From Balanoglossus misakiensis (lineage: Eukaryota > Animalia > Hemichordata), in NCBI GenBank assembly GCA_040954595.2, contig CM082587.2, positions 8,251,403-8,315,402 on the forward strand: DNA of 64,000 nt, in the 5' to 3' direction. Made by a program: the position numbers and the translations under genes. The number at the start of each line of letters is the position of its first letter. The stretch's first letter is position 1. The notes under the pieces are model-generated. The model worked only from the letters and a program-made list of their open reading frames with translations. It had not been told where the DNA came from and made no database searches. Positions 26,201 through 38,600 of this stretch are shown here, piece by piece.

Positions 26201-28747
26201 CTCAAAAACAGCATTCAACAAGAGTACGTTTTTCCCACAGGCTACGAAATTCTCTCCAAAATAGCATCCAGCAAGAGCATGGTTTTCCCAGAGGCTATTT
26301 GCAGTGTGAGTAACTGCTTGAAGTGGTTGTCAGTACTGCAGTCACGCAATCTATAACAACTAGGTTGATAGCCGCCTGATTCAATCATTACCATCCATTA
26401 TTACGCTACGAGTACAGCCCTTACTGATGTTTGCCAATACAAATATTAATCTGTGTGTCTACAGTTTTATGTGCCAATTATCGCCAACACTGTTCAAGTG
26501 TGAAATTGATGGAGTTCATTTTGGTTAATTTGGAAACAAAATCTAATAAGAGGCAGACAGAAAGGCTGCAATTGAATATTTCGCGCACACGGCAGCACAA
26601 ATTTCACCCACACCACCTGTCCCTGTAGGCGTTGCAAACACCACTGAAATTTCGCGATGAATTTGGGGTCAACTTCTTCAGATGGACAGTCACAAGAAAA
26701 TGTAACAATTCATTGTCAATGATCTTATTTCACCTACTGGATCAACAGTCTAAGACAACACTGAAGGAAGTCACGGCTGGAATGAGATTCATCCAGGCAT
26801 GTCTGAAAAAATGTCTCCATGTTTCTCGCAAAGGATTTACAATGTATATCCCTGGAGATGTGATGTGCACATTTATAGAATGTTGTTCTTGCAGTGAGTG
26901 AGTGAATGAAATCAGTTGAAATACACCTCTGGACATAAAAAACATCAAAACAAAATGGCTGCCAGGTGGACATATTGATCATATCATGACACGAATTGAT
27001 CGTAATACATTATCCTATCTAATCTGAATGTAAAAACAAATCACAACAAAATGATCAATTGTCTGCCGCAACACATGGACATCAAAACAATTCAAAGTAG
27101 GTCAGAGGTCATACAACATTTAAGGCTGGTTATTATATGACCCATAATATCAATAAAGAAGGTTTCTATCATTGAAGCTGAGATATACCACAGTAGGTCA
27201 AAAGTCACCCAAAAATTTGGAGATAAATTTTGCTTGTTTATTGGCCCATACCGATCAAGAACCAAGTCTGTTTTCTTCAGAGACGCAGAAATAGGTAGTA
27301 CTCGGGGAAGCTAAAAATCACGAGTTGTCTTTTTGAATATCCATTCATACATTTCTGAGTGACGGCTGCAGATGAACAAATGAATGGATGGAACCCAATA
27401 CATATGCCCTCCAGTCTGTGTGTGCAGGGACTAAATATCCTCTAATATAACTCCAAAGATCGTTCTTATGTCATCACAGATTATCCGGTTACAGATCTTA
27501 ACCTGGAAGGACAGAGAATTTTATATTGCCATCAGCTGTAAAAGCGACATACAATGTTGATGTTATGAATCAAGGTGTGTATTATTCAGTATAGAGGTAC
27601 ATATAAACTCATGTCATACTGAAGATCACCTGCAGAGACTGCCTTCAGACTACACAAGTAGAGCAAGGAGTACGACACTTCTGCAAATGTAAAAGCAAGT
27701 GGTTGCCCATAGACCACTTCGCGGATAGAATGAGGGACAGTTTGCGTTCTGATCGCGATAATTAGCCATGTACATGTACATGTACTAGACTATGTTGAAC
27801 GCAAATTATACCATCATGCATTGCGGATACTTTATCCGCATAGTGGTTCAGGCTGCCATGTTGACTTTTATTTAATAAAATTCTCCAGTTGAATGTGTTA
27901 CTTGATACTGGCAAAATGACAATTAAACATCTAGACTGAAGAAATGTATTAATCTGGAGAAATTTTTGCACGATGAATGATGCATACTGAACTGTGGGTA
28001 ATTTCATGAAACTATGGTAACAACTGGCACAGCGATACAGCACCGTGGCTGGAAACATGGACACTGAAGTGTGACTACATTGTAATTATAAGCCAGGGTG
28101 TTTATATCACTGGAAATCTAATGTTGATAAACAACACCATTGATGCCAACTGGCATCAAGTTAACAAGATTTCATACGAAATTCACCCAAACAATACATG
28201 AACACAACATTTAACAATATCATTATAAACGTACAGTTATTTGATATTTGACAATTATGTTAAGTACAAACAATTTACCTAACAGATAAATCGAAGTCTT
28301 TGTTAAGTTTCCACCTTCCAAAAGACCACTTAACCAGAAAAGGATGATTATGGTTTTTCGATGTATGCACATGGTAGCTACATCGAGGAACAAATTCTTT
28401 CTGCAGTTAGTTCGAGGTTGCCTTGTCAAAACCAGCATTGAAATATGGAGTGCATCAGTCAGAACATTACTTTTATTAAAATTTGAAAGTATTAACAGAA
28501 TTCACTATTTGACCATGATAAGCTTTTTCAATGTCAGTGGCTATTAATTGATTAAAACTATTAAACTTACATTCCATTATACAGTTCTCAATTCATGTTG
28601 ACCTCTTATGACCTTCATCTTCACGTTTTTTGACAGGGCTGTCTACCCCCAGTTCAGAAATGAGTATGACATATAAACTACGAAAATGTGTGTTAATTAT
28701 ACGTGCCTTATGCACATACATGATCAATGATATTGCATTCACAGATC

Positions 28748-28860
28748 ATACAGGCTAGGTGACACACCCCCTGTAAGGTGTTGCGCACCCACAGGGCATA
28801 TGATACAGGCTAGGTGACACACCCCCTGTAAGCTGTTGCACCCAAAGGGCATATGATACA
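28748..28860. repeat. Tandem duplication, about 55-bp unit x2
   Basis: ATACAGGCTAGGTGACACACCCCCTGTAAG(G/C)TGTTGC...AGGGCATATG occurs twice. Confidence 0.85.
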
Positions 28861-29505
28861 TGTATTAAACTATATCAACCCCCCCCCCCCATAATTTGCA
28901 TGAACACTAAATACCACATGACATATACTGACGATTAACCAATTAGACTCCAATTAGCCTACAAGGCTCTTCATTGGCAATGAAGATGTGTATTTATATT
29001 AATAATTCAACTTTATATTAGACTTGAACCAAGATACATGTAGATCATGGATGTACCATAATTGTAATACGTCAACAGACAGATTATCCCTCCTCAGAAT
29101 AGAAGCCTTATTTGAATCGAGGCTATCCTAACTAATAATCTGTCCTTTATCTGCACTTGAACCAAGCTTATCTCCACAACCAAATCCTATATCTAACAGA
29201 AAAATACAACTTAATCCAAGACTTGACATTTTGAATCTCTCACTCAAATCGAACCATGGTCAATCCATTTCCTACACATGTGAATAATATAAAATTAAGA
29301 CAAACATGTCTATAATGACAGTTTGAATGTGTGTTGTTAGATCACAATATTTCTGACTTAAACAATCACTATTCATACACTCCGTCAAATTCCTGGACGT
29401 TCCAACACTTTTCATCAGTTTTCAAAACGATCATAACAAGGTCAAAATGCTATTTTCCAGGAGATTGTCCAATAATCATAGGAGAGATTTTGTCTGTTAC
29501 ATTAA

Positions 29506-29690
29506 AGGTATACGGTCACCTCCAATTTACATACGCCCATATATGTCAGAAATGGCGTATTTGAGCATTCTAAAGAACATATGGTGGCGCTCTTTTTTTC
29601 GCGTGTGCCACCCACTGAAAATCTGTGATTGGCCAGATCTCAATTTACCATGGTAACTGTAGCTATATTTGCATAGGTGACCGTATACCT
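29506..29690. mobile_element. Kolobok-like MITE (185 bp)
   Basis: TTAA-AGGTATACGGTCACCT ... AGGTGACCGTATACCT-TTAA: perfect 16-bp TIR, TTAA TSD and RR...YY termini typical of Kolobok. Confidence 0.85.
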
Positions 29691-30489
29691 TTAATTTCAT
29701 CCAAAAATTCAAGTCAATTGACATTTTTATGGCATTAGCAACTTAATCAATTCCATCAGGAAACCCTAGTAGTAAATTTCATTTTTTCAGCACGTTTCCA
29801 TTTTTTTTTTCAATCATGCAAATTCTAAGCAATAGAAAGCCTACAATATGTTGTTGTACAGCAAACTACAGGTCATGAATGTTAATTTATGGGTACAGGT
29901 ACATATGTCATTTCTATTTATCTTGCGCAGGGGTAGATAAAAATTGATATTCATGATTTTAGAAGAGAAATGATGACCCCATTTCTAAGTATAAACCCAA
30001 TCTGTACCGTAATGTCACAACGCCCTTGAAAATATGTCAACACAAAGAGTACACATATCAGTACTATAGTTTGGAAATCCTGCTTTCTTGATCCACAACA
30101 GTCAATGTTCATAATATCCTATTTGTACTTCAGCAACAGTTTTTCTCTGAAAATACAATTACACCCTGCCACTAAGTTTTTTTATTTTCCTAATGAAAGT
30201 CTGAATAAATTCCTTTTCTGTAATGTTTGAACTGTTCATTAAATCAAGTAGTTAGTACATGTACATGTACAACTAAATATTCTGACTTCAGTTCACCTCA
30301 CAAATGCAACATTATAATTGTATAATTGTCTGTATTGTTGATTAAATCTATTACTACTAATTAAAAGATTCCCATTTGAATTCACCTCACAAATGCAATT
30401 TGTATAAATTGTTTAATTTGATTTATACTGAATATCATAATGCTGGCCTAGAATGATACTCACAGAGAATGAATAAAAATAGTGTTTTG

Positions 30490-30630
30490 TCAAGGGCGGT
30501 ACCTAGGTAAAATCTACCGGAGTTCCCCAATCATTTTACCGGGGTTCCCCTGGGTGTATCAATGTAGTTATATTAGGGGGTTGTAGAAATGTTACCGGGG
30601 TTCCCAAATCCATTACCAATGTTCCCCAAC
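30490..30630. repeat. Degenerate repeat with four ACCGG(A/G)GTTCCCC-like motifs, possibly a hAT subterminal remnant
   Basis: accggagttcccc, accgggggttcccc, accggggttccc and accaatgttcccc spaced about 25-55 bp apart. Confidence 0.45.
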
Positions 30631-31327
30631 CTTAGCAAAAACACTGATGTCAAATTTTTCAGAAGACTAAGAGTACCTTGCAGTCTGGTGAATCATTGAT
30701 GAGAAAATGAACATTTACCTGTACACTCTTGACAGCGTCTGTCTCCTACGACATACAAATCCAAATTACAGTCCAGTGATTTTCACAAATATTGGTGATT
30801 GCGGGGGTAAGACAGCGATACATTTCCCATTTTGTGATTGCGTAGATTAAAGTCCAGGGCAGAAAAATAGTAATACGACAGTGATAGCCTCATTTTGCTT
30901 GATGAACATTTTATGACACTGCAGCTTGGAGCAGTTAAATGAGCAATCTTTTATGTGTTGACACTAACTTTGCATTGCAAATGTCCTCCGCCTCACAATT
31001 GTTACGGAGTGCAAACAATAATCAATATCACATTGCATACAAAATTTGACAGTTGAAGACTTTATGGCTGTAAAAAATCCAAACTGCTTTCAAAAACCCA
31101 TACAACATTACTATGCAGATATAAAACACATTTCTTTTGTGTATTATTCTATCGATCCCACTACGTAAGATGACTCTTCTTGGAAACAGCAAAATTTCCG
31201 AAAATCAAACTATAAAACAGCAAAGACATGTAACCAATCAGTTCGTTGATGAGAGATGGTTTGTTTATTTGCCGAGAGGGAGTACCAACCCCTTCAGGGG
31301 ACCATGTCAGAGATCTCCCTTGCATAA

Positions 31328-31537
31328 TACTGTAAAACGGGTTATTTTCGTGACAGGAAATTTTCGCGATATCAAAAGAGGCAACTGTTACGCGAGGATT
31401 AATTTTCGTGTTCTCGTATTTCACTGCAATGTTATCTCTGAAAAACATTCTTACGCGACTTTTTATTTTCACGTTCTTTTGGCTCTCGCCTATTTCACGA
31501 AAATTTATTGCTCACGAAAATAACCCGTTTTACAGTA
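31328..31537. mobile_element. MITE family A, apparently full-length copy (210 bp)
   Basis: TACTGTAAAACGGGTTATTTTCGTGA ... TCACGAAAATAACCCGTTTTACAGTA: perfect 26-bp inverted ends including the TA. Confidence 0.85.
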
Positions 31538-34500
31538 CATCTTACAGTAAAGTCGCATGATCTATTCATGGGTTTTATTTTTAGCGTGAATTTCCACTAC
31601 TGTACTAGAATGTGTTGCAGAACTGAAAGTCTTTGCCATCACCTGGCTGTGGTGGACAACTGAAAACAAAAACCATGTGGGCAGACAATATGGTCGATTT
31701 CCTATAAACAGATCAGGTTTAAATTTAATCAATAGCAAAAAACTGCACAATCTGCATTTTGCTGAGAAGCCATTTTTATGCGGGTACCAGAATTCAAATC
31801 CCCTTTCCTTTATCCTTGAAGCATTTAATTCAACCATAAACTCGTGAGAAGTACTGATTCGTTTTGACACATTCAGCACATCGACTGCAACTGTTTCATC
31901 AATGTCATCTAATCTTCCCGAAAAAATAGCGGCATTACCGACCAAATTGAGTTGGACTTCAATATGCTCACTTGCAAGGCAATAGAAGATAAAAATAACG
32001 TCAAGTCTTTTTTTCTGTCAGTTCTTTCAAAGACACGCTGGTTTCATGATTTCCCTCTAGGATGGTTTTGTCATGATACAATGTACATGTACGTCTTTAC
32101 TCAAAATGTAATAATTTAGTCAGCACCTTAATTCATCGCTCTGAAAGATTTCAGCATGAAAATAACACAATATGTGTAACACTAGACTGTTGCAATCTCT
32201 ATCTCCAGTGCCATAAACTGAAAGAAAGCATTAATCATTTTTGCTATTAAAACGGCACCAATCTTTTAACATTTATTTCAAACGAGGAAAGTAAACATTT
32301 CTGATCACCGATCAAACTTAGCGATAGTACAAAACGCCATCAGAATTTATTTCCTGAAAATTAATAGCATAGAAGGCTGTCAGTATCAGATTAAAAGAAT
32401 AAAATAAATGCTTATTATGTTTAACTAAAGCAATCAATATTAAAGGGACAAACATTGCTCTTTTTAACCTTATCAGGATATCAAGAATACATGGAACACT
32501 TTCACAAAGTTTCTGATCAGCTGACAAGATGATGTTAAAATGACCCCTTCCTGTGTGCAAGGAGATATTTTGTTTGTGACCCCATATGAAACGAAGTCCA
32601 ATTCCAAACTGGTTTCTTAAGGCAATAAATGTAAAAGTTGATATCCTATATCTATATGAAAGGCATTGCCAATAAAATCTCATTAAAAATGTCTGGTCTA
32701 AACCTTATGTAACAGCGTATACCCCAGCATACCTGATGTGAGCTGTATATACGGAACTTTATGGACCTGAAAATGCATAATCCGATCTGCAAGGCTGGGC
32801 TATGTCATCCTGTGTACAGTCTCCCTAAGCAACCATCTGTGCACAGCCCCTTTAGTTTGTGTGTATCAGTTCGGTGCGAAGCTGAAAACTGTTTCGACCA
32901 ATCAAAGCAAGTGTTACATCTTGGTAAACACGGTATAGCACTGACCAGAATCAGATTGTGCGACACTCTGTTAGGAGCACACATCAGACCAACCATTTCA
33001 CACACAAAATCTTCTCACGGCATTTGCTGATCTCATTGAAAGACTTTTAGAAAACAAATAACAGAAAATCATGCCGCAAGATAGTTATGTACACAATGTA
33101 GTGCACATGACAATAGTAAGGAATTATGTGATTGGTTACTCACAGGCCAGTTACAACCAATCGATGGCATGTGAAACATGCTAATTATAGCCCACAAGAC
33201 GAGGAATGTTTTGAGAGAGTTCCCCTTGCATGAAATAAACATGTATTGTCTGAAGAAAAGATGTTGAAGTCTACACTGAAATTCCTTTGTCAACAAAAAC
33301 CGGAATTACGAGAGTGGCTACCTACAGCTACCCATTACAACCTTGTGATGATGCTCTTGACGTACAAATGAAAACCAACGAGTCCAGGGGATGTTTTGAG
33401 GGAGGTCCCCCTGACCCAAAAAAGCTCGTATTGGTTATCTCAGTTTTCTTCCAATACCAGATAATGATGAAAAACACATAACTTAATTACTATGGCCATA
33501 CAATCTAACATTGGACCAAAAATCCTGACGTAACCTTTAAGAATAATTAGTAATTTATACCACTTGTAATGGCAGCATTCCTATTTTCAGAAAAATCTGT
33601 TGAATACTAAACACCAAACTATTCCGTCTACTGTGTTACTCACATCAGCATACCATGCCTTGCACATTAATAAATTCAGCCACTTTCATTGACATCTTAG
33701 GGCCACGCGACTTGCCATTAAATTTATAATAGATGGGTTCTTTTCAAGTCAATGTGTGTAATAACCAAACAGATATCCACTCATAATATTGCAGAATTAA
33801 AGAAGAGCTCCTACAGTCTACATTTAAAGTAATATGGGTCACTTGAAGTGATATGTTCTTAAAAGTGTCATTTTTACCTAATTTTTTCGCCCCCACTCAA
33901 AACAAGCAGCAGATGGTTCATATGCATACCGGTATATATGCATGTCAGTGCTTTACTGCATACACTACAGTGACTAAGTACTGAAGCAAACAGTGCTTTC
34001 ACTAAATTGTATGTAATGTGTAGTACACCATATTTTAACAATAGAGGTACACATTATGTTCATTTTAACAATTCTGAAATGAATGGTCAACCTGATAAAT
34101 TAATAGCAGACAACCTGTGATTAAAATGGGTACAGATGAGCCATGATTCTGCAGCCACAATCCGATTACGCATCCACTGAAACCTGTCAACACACCAAAC
34201 AGTTCAACCAGCCAGCCAACAAAGTTATACAAGAACACTGCACAGAGTGTACCAATGTTTTATTACAATCCAAGCTACAAATTCCAGACAGTAGAAACCA
34301 AATTTTACATTGAATGAGACATGGTCATGTTCACCTATTTGAACTTTTACCAAGTGTCGTGGAACCGTAACGTAGAATGGCCATTAACTTTCTGTCATAA
34401 ACCAAAATTGTTAAACATACATGTATGCATATCCCCCCACAAAAAAAACAACCCCACACACATGGCGTGTAACCATATTATCATGATTATGGCCATTTTG

Positions 34501-35474
34501 GTATTGAGAGTAATTTGTATAATTAAATTATTAATATACTTGTAATGTGTGCAATCCCATGAATTAACCAATCATAATTTGATAATTTATCTATATACTA
34601 TAATATTTTTATTTATTCTAATTAATTCTAAGGCTAATTAATTCAATGGCTTGCAACCCAATAGTTCACTCAGTACAATACTGACATGAACAATATAAAC
34701 CAAGATATTGTCAAAAACTTTCAACTTTCAAAATATGGTTGACACAAACCTAAGACTCAGAGTACAGTGTAAGTATTTGACCCACTTATCATGTAGCTAT
34801 CACTAAGTGGCTAACAAACCGCGCACTGAGTGCAACTGACATTTTGATAAAAGGACTGAAAAAAAAATCAAAACTGCAGCTCCATACAACAGGTATGCAA
34901 TTCATGAAAGTATACAGATCAGCTAAACTCAGATTGATGCTTCTAAGTTAAATTTTCCTTGATTTTGCAGTGAAATAATATTTTCCAGGTAACTGCCTGC
35001 AATGCCCTATATTAGTGGGTTTGGGTGAAAAAAAAATGCTTAGTAAAATGTTGTGATGACATACGGCAACTCTTGTTATATATATGCAGGTGATTTAGCA
35101 ATGTTGAATGATTGATAAAACAGATAAAATCTAGTAATGACCAGCCATTAGTGTAAGTTGAGGTAAAGCTGTAAAGAGACCCAATTTTCCTGAATTGCAG
35201 AGGGTAACCATTGATGTTGAAATCACATGTAAAATAATTTGCTCTACGGGCCTGTGGCCAATTGTATGCCGGGATTGTATGTTATGAAAAAAATCGAAAA
35301 ATCGAATCTTTATCACACTGATGTTGGACTGTAACTGGTGCTGGGCGCCTATCAGCAATACTGAATATTGCCAATGTTGATACATGCACGTCTAGGGCAA
35401 TAGTGGACAGTCTAGCCGTAAGGACATCGAGGTGCTTTGGTATCTCACAGGTTATTGTTGGATTGACGTTTCAT

Positions 35475-35618
35475 CAGTCCAGGTAATGTCTTCCCTAAAG
35501 AAAGTAGGAAATACACCACAACAAACGGACATTAAATCTAAGGTCATGACCTCCCTTATGATTCTATAATTTGATTGGGCGATTCCTACTGTCTTTGGGG
35601 AAGACATTACCCAGACTG
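35475..35618. mobile_element. Hairpin MITE with about 36-bp imperfect TIR and a 5-bp flanking direct repeat TTCAT
   Basis: CAGTCCAGGTAATGTCTTCCCTAAAGAAAGTAGGAA versus the reverse complement of TTCCTACTGTCTTTGGGGAAGACATTACCCAGACTG; TTCAT on both sides. Confidence 0.65.
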
Positions 35619-38600
35619 TTCATTTTTGTTTTTACTCCAAGACTTAGTAATGTACTGGGTCAAAACTTTTACATAATTTAACCAATAAAAATTAAAATTA
35701 TAAATAAAAATTTAGGATGAACAGATTGTCAGAAATGATGACAGTAAAGTCTAAGAGAACCAAACATGCAAGTATCAATTTTGGTGTTCATCTGCTGAGA
35801 TCCACAAAAGTAACAGCAGATGGTTCAAAATGGAAACAGCATATGCATATATGGTATACACTCCGATTGCTTGGTCTACACACAGCCCCTCCAACACAAT
35901 TTGGTATTTGCTCCTAGCTTCATGTATGTACAAAAGAAAAATTGGTAAAAACAAAGAACATTGCCAACAAAGATAGTGCAGTCAAAAAGCACCCATGCAG
36001 ACTGTCCCAAGGGATTCAAAACTCCACAAAATAGTCAGTGACACGATGAAAGTTAATCAGTGCAAACTCCATTGCTTGACCAGTGATGGAGGGACAGTCT
36101 TGACCAGGACATGACCCAACATGACCTAGTTTTATTTAAAAATGTTGAACTTATATCATGCGTTTTTCACTACACCCACTGCAGATACACATTCTTCACA
36201 TATGCACATTAAAAATTTAGCTGCCATACAATAACTGACCTGTTTAAAATTTTGTTGGCTAAATCCTCTTCCTTGCATCTATTTTTGATAACCTCATTTC
36301 ACTTTCTAAAAGTAAATTTCTGTCAAACTCATAAAAATTATAATTTAAGTAAACAATGAATAAAAACTTGCCATGGCATCAATAAAGTTTTATGTTCTAT
36401 CTTTTTGACAATCTAATTGCTTGCATACTAAATTTAGTACCCAAACTGATCTGGTACCAGCACACAATATACGTGTGTCTGACATATTTTCAAAGGTAGG
36501 GTATGCGTACACTTGACAGAGAAGGCTAGTCAAGTGTGTTCTCAAACTTTAACATGAATTATTTGAGAGCTGACTTGATCAGATTGATCAGCTCACTCGA
36601 GTGTTACATATATTGACCTCAGCATCTTGTCCAAGGCAATGTGCTATAACTAATATATGAGCTGTTCAGTCAGCTGTGTAATAGACATAGGAGGCCTAAA
36701 AATGATGATATAAAAATTTAGTAGAAAATTGAACTGATGTGTTATAAATTGAACTCTCGTGCAGAGAACATTTCATGACTTGTATGGTTATTAAATATTC
36801 AATGGGTAGAAACATGAAGTTAAATTAGGTTATGATAGCACACACTAGGGTCAGTGTGGTGGTAATTGTACTGTTCTGACTTCTTCTTCACCAGAGGGAA
36901 TGAACAGAGTGAAGCAAACTTTGTAGAAAACAGAATGAGTGAGTCAATGTCTAAATGACATTCTACCTTCTGGGAACACCGATTGAAAAAAAACCACCTG
37001 AGAACAACATGGTGGAATGAAACCAGTCAAAGCATGTAACGGTATGGCTCTGAAAATGTTTCTAATAATTAAAAGAATCAACCCGGTACTATAGCTGACA
37101 TTAACAATCAATGATAAACACTTGACAATCTGTCAGTGCATTACCTATTTTGCTGTGCTGAGAATTGTCAAAAGACACCCAACACCTGTCAAAGCTTGGA
37201 TAGTCCAAACAGTCATTATTAATTAACCATATCAGACACAGTTTGAGCAATTACTTTTGACATAAAAATCATAATAAAATGGTTGCCAGGCAGCCATCTT
37301 AGATACGGTGTATCACACACAAAAAATTGAAAGTCCTGCCAGAGAAGACCTGATATGGTTACTTACACTATTTATGTGAGAACAAACAGTTTTTACTTCC
37401 ATTCATACATGTCTAGTACCATTCTACTAAATTTGCCAACGGATGCTGCCGTAAAATATTTCGTGCGGCATTTTTTTCTCTCTCTCTCTTTTGTGATGTT
37501 TTCATATCCAGTCATAGCAATATGTTAAGTCCTAGGGGTGGTTCCCATCACTAGCAGTCTCAATACATGCCTGCCTTTGTCATGTTGCAATTTCCCACCT
37601 ACTTGTGGCTTGCTAAAACTCTCAGAAATGCCAACACTGCACTGTGTAAAAACCTCAGCGTAAGTGGAAACCTCCCATGGAATGAGAGTAAATTGACAAA
37701 TGGCAACAAAGAAACTCTAGGATATACAATACAGCTGTACTTTTCTGCAATGAATACTACATCAGCATATATGATGTGTGTGTATCAGAGCTCTATCAAT
37801 AGTGAATACAGATTTTATGACAAATATGAAATAATTCAGGGGAAAAATTAAACATTTTTACCTAAAAAAATGTAACAAAAAGATTTGAAAGAAAACAGTA
37901 TCACATCTTATACTGCCTTATGTTTTCACTAATAGAGATTTTGTAATCTAATAGAGATTTTATATTACAATCTAGAGTTTCATGGATGATCAGAAATTCG
38001 TCTCTACATTAATTTAACTACATTTCCATATAAATACTTTCTTATAAATCTTGCACAAATTACAAAATAACTTCTTTCAACATTGCTATTGAGGTGGTTA
38101 GTGAAGGGTACATAAAGGAATTTGTGGCGTCAATGCTATGATGATTTCCTGCCAAAGAATACCAGATGCATACAGTACATGTATACGCTCCCATCCTTGG
38201 ACTGTTGTATCATTAAATTAGCTTGTGTGAGCTACTGGTAATGCTGCAGCAATGCTTGCCTGTACTGTGTGTCTGTCTGTCTGCCTACCTGCCTGCCTGT
38301 ATGTCTGTCTGTTTGCCTACCTTAGCAGATTGATCTTGGTACACAGTTCCAGTTCTGCAATGGCTACAAAAGATATTGACAAAGAGAAAGTTCACCAATA
38401 ATTTAAGTCTATATTGAGCGTAGCCCCTCATGAAGCTTAACAGACAATTTTCCCAAACTCCACAAGATCTTGCATGGCTGGACAGTTTAGGAGGATATTC
38501 TCATGTGACAGGACAAAACATCATGTTAAATGGCACAAAAGTTACAATATTTGTTAAACGCTGCACCTAGTTTCACATCAAGCCTGACTAACATTACTTG

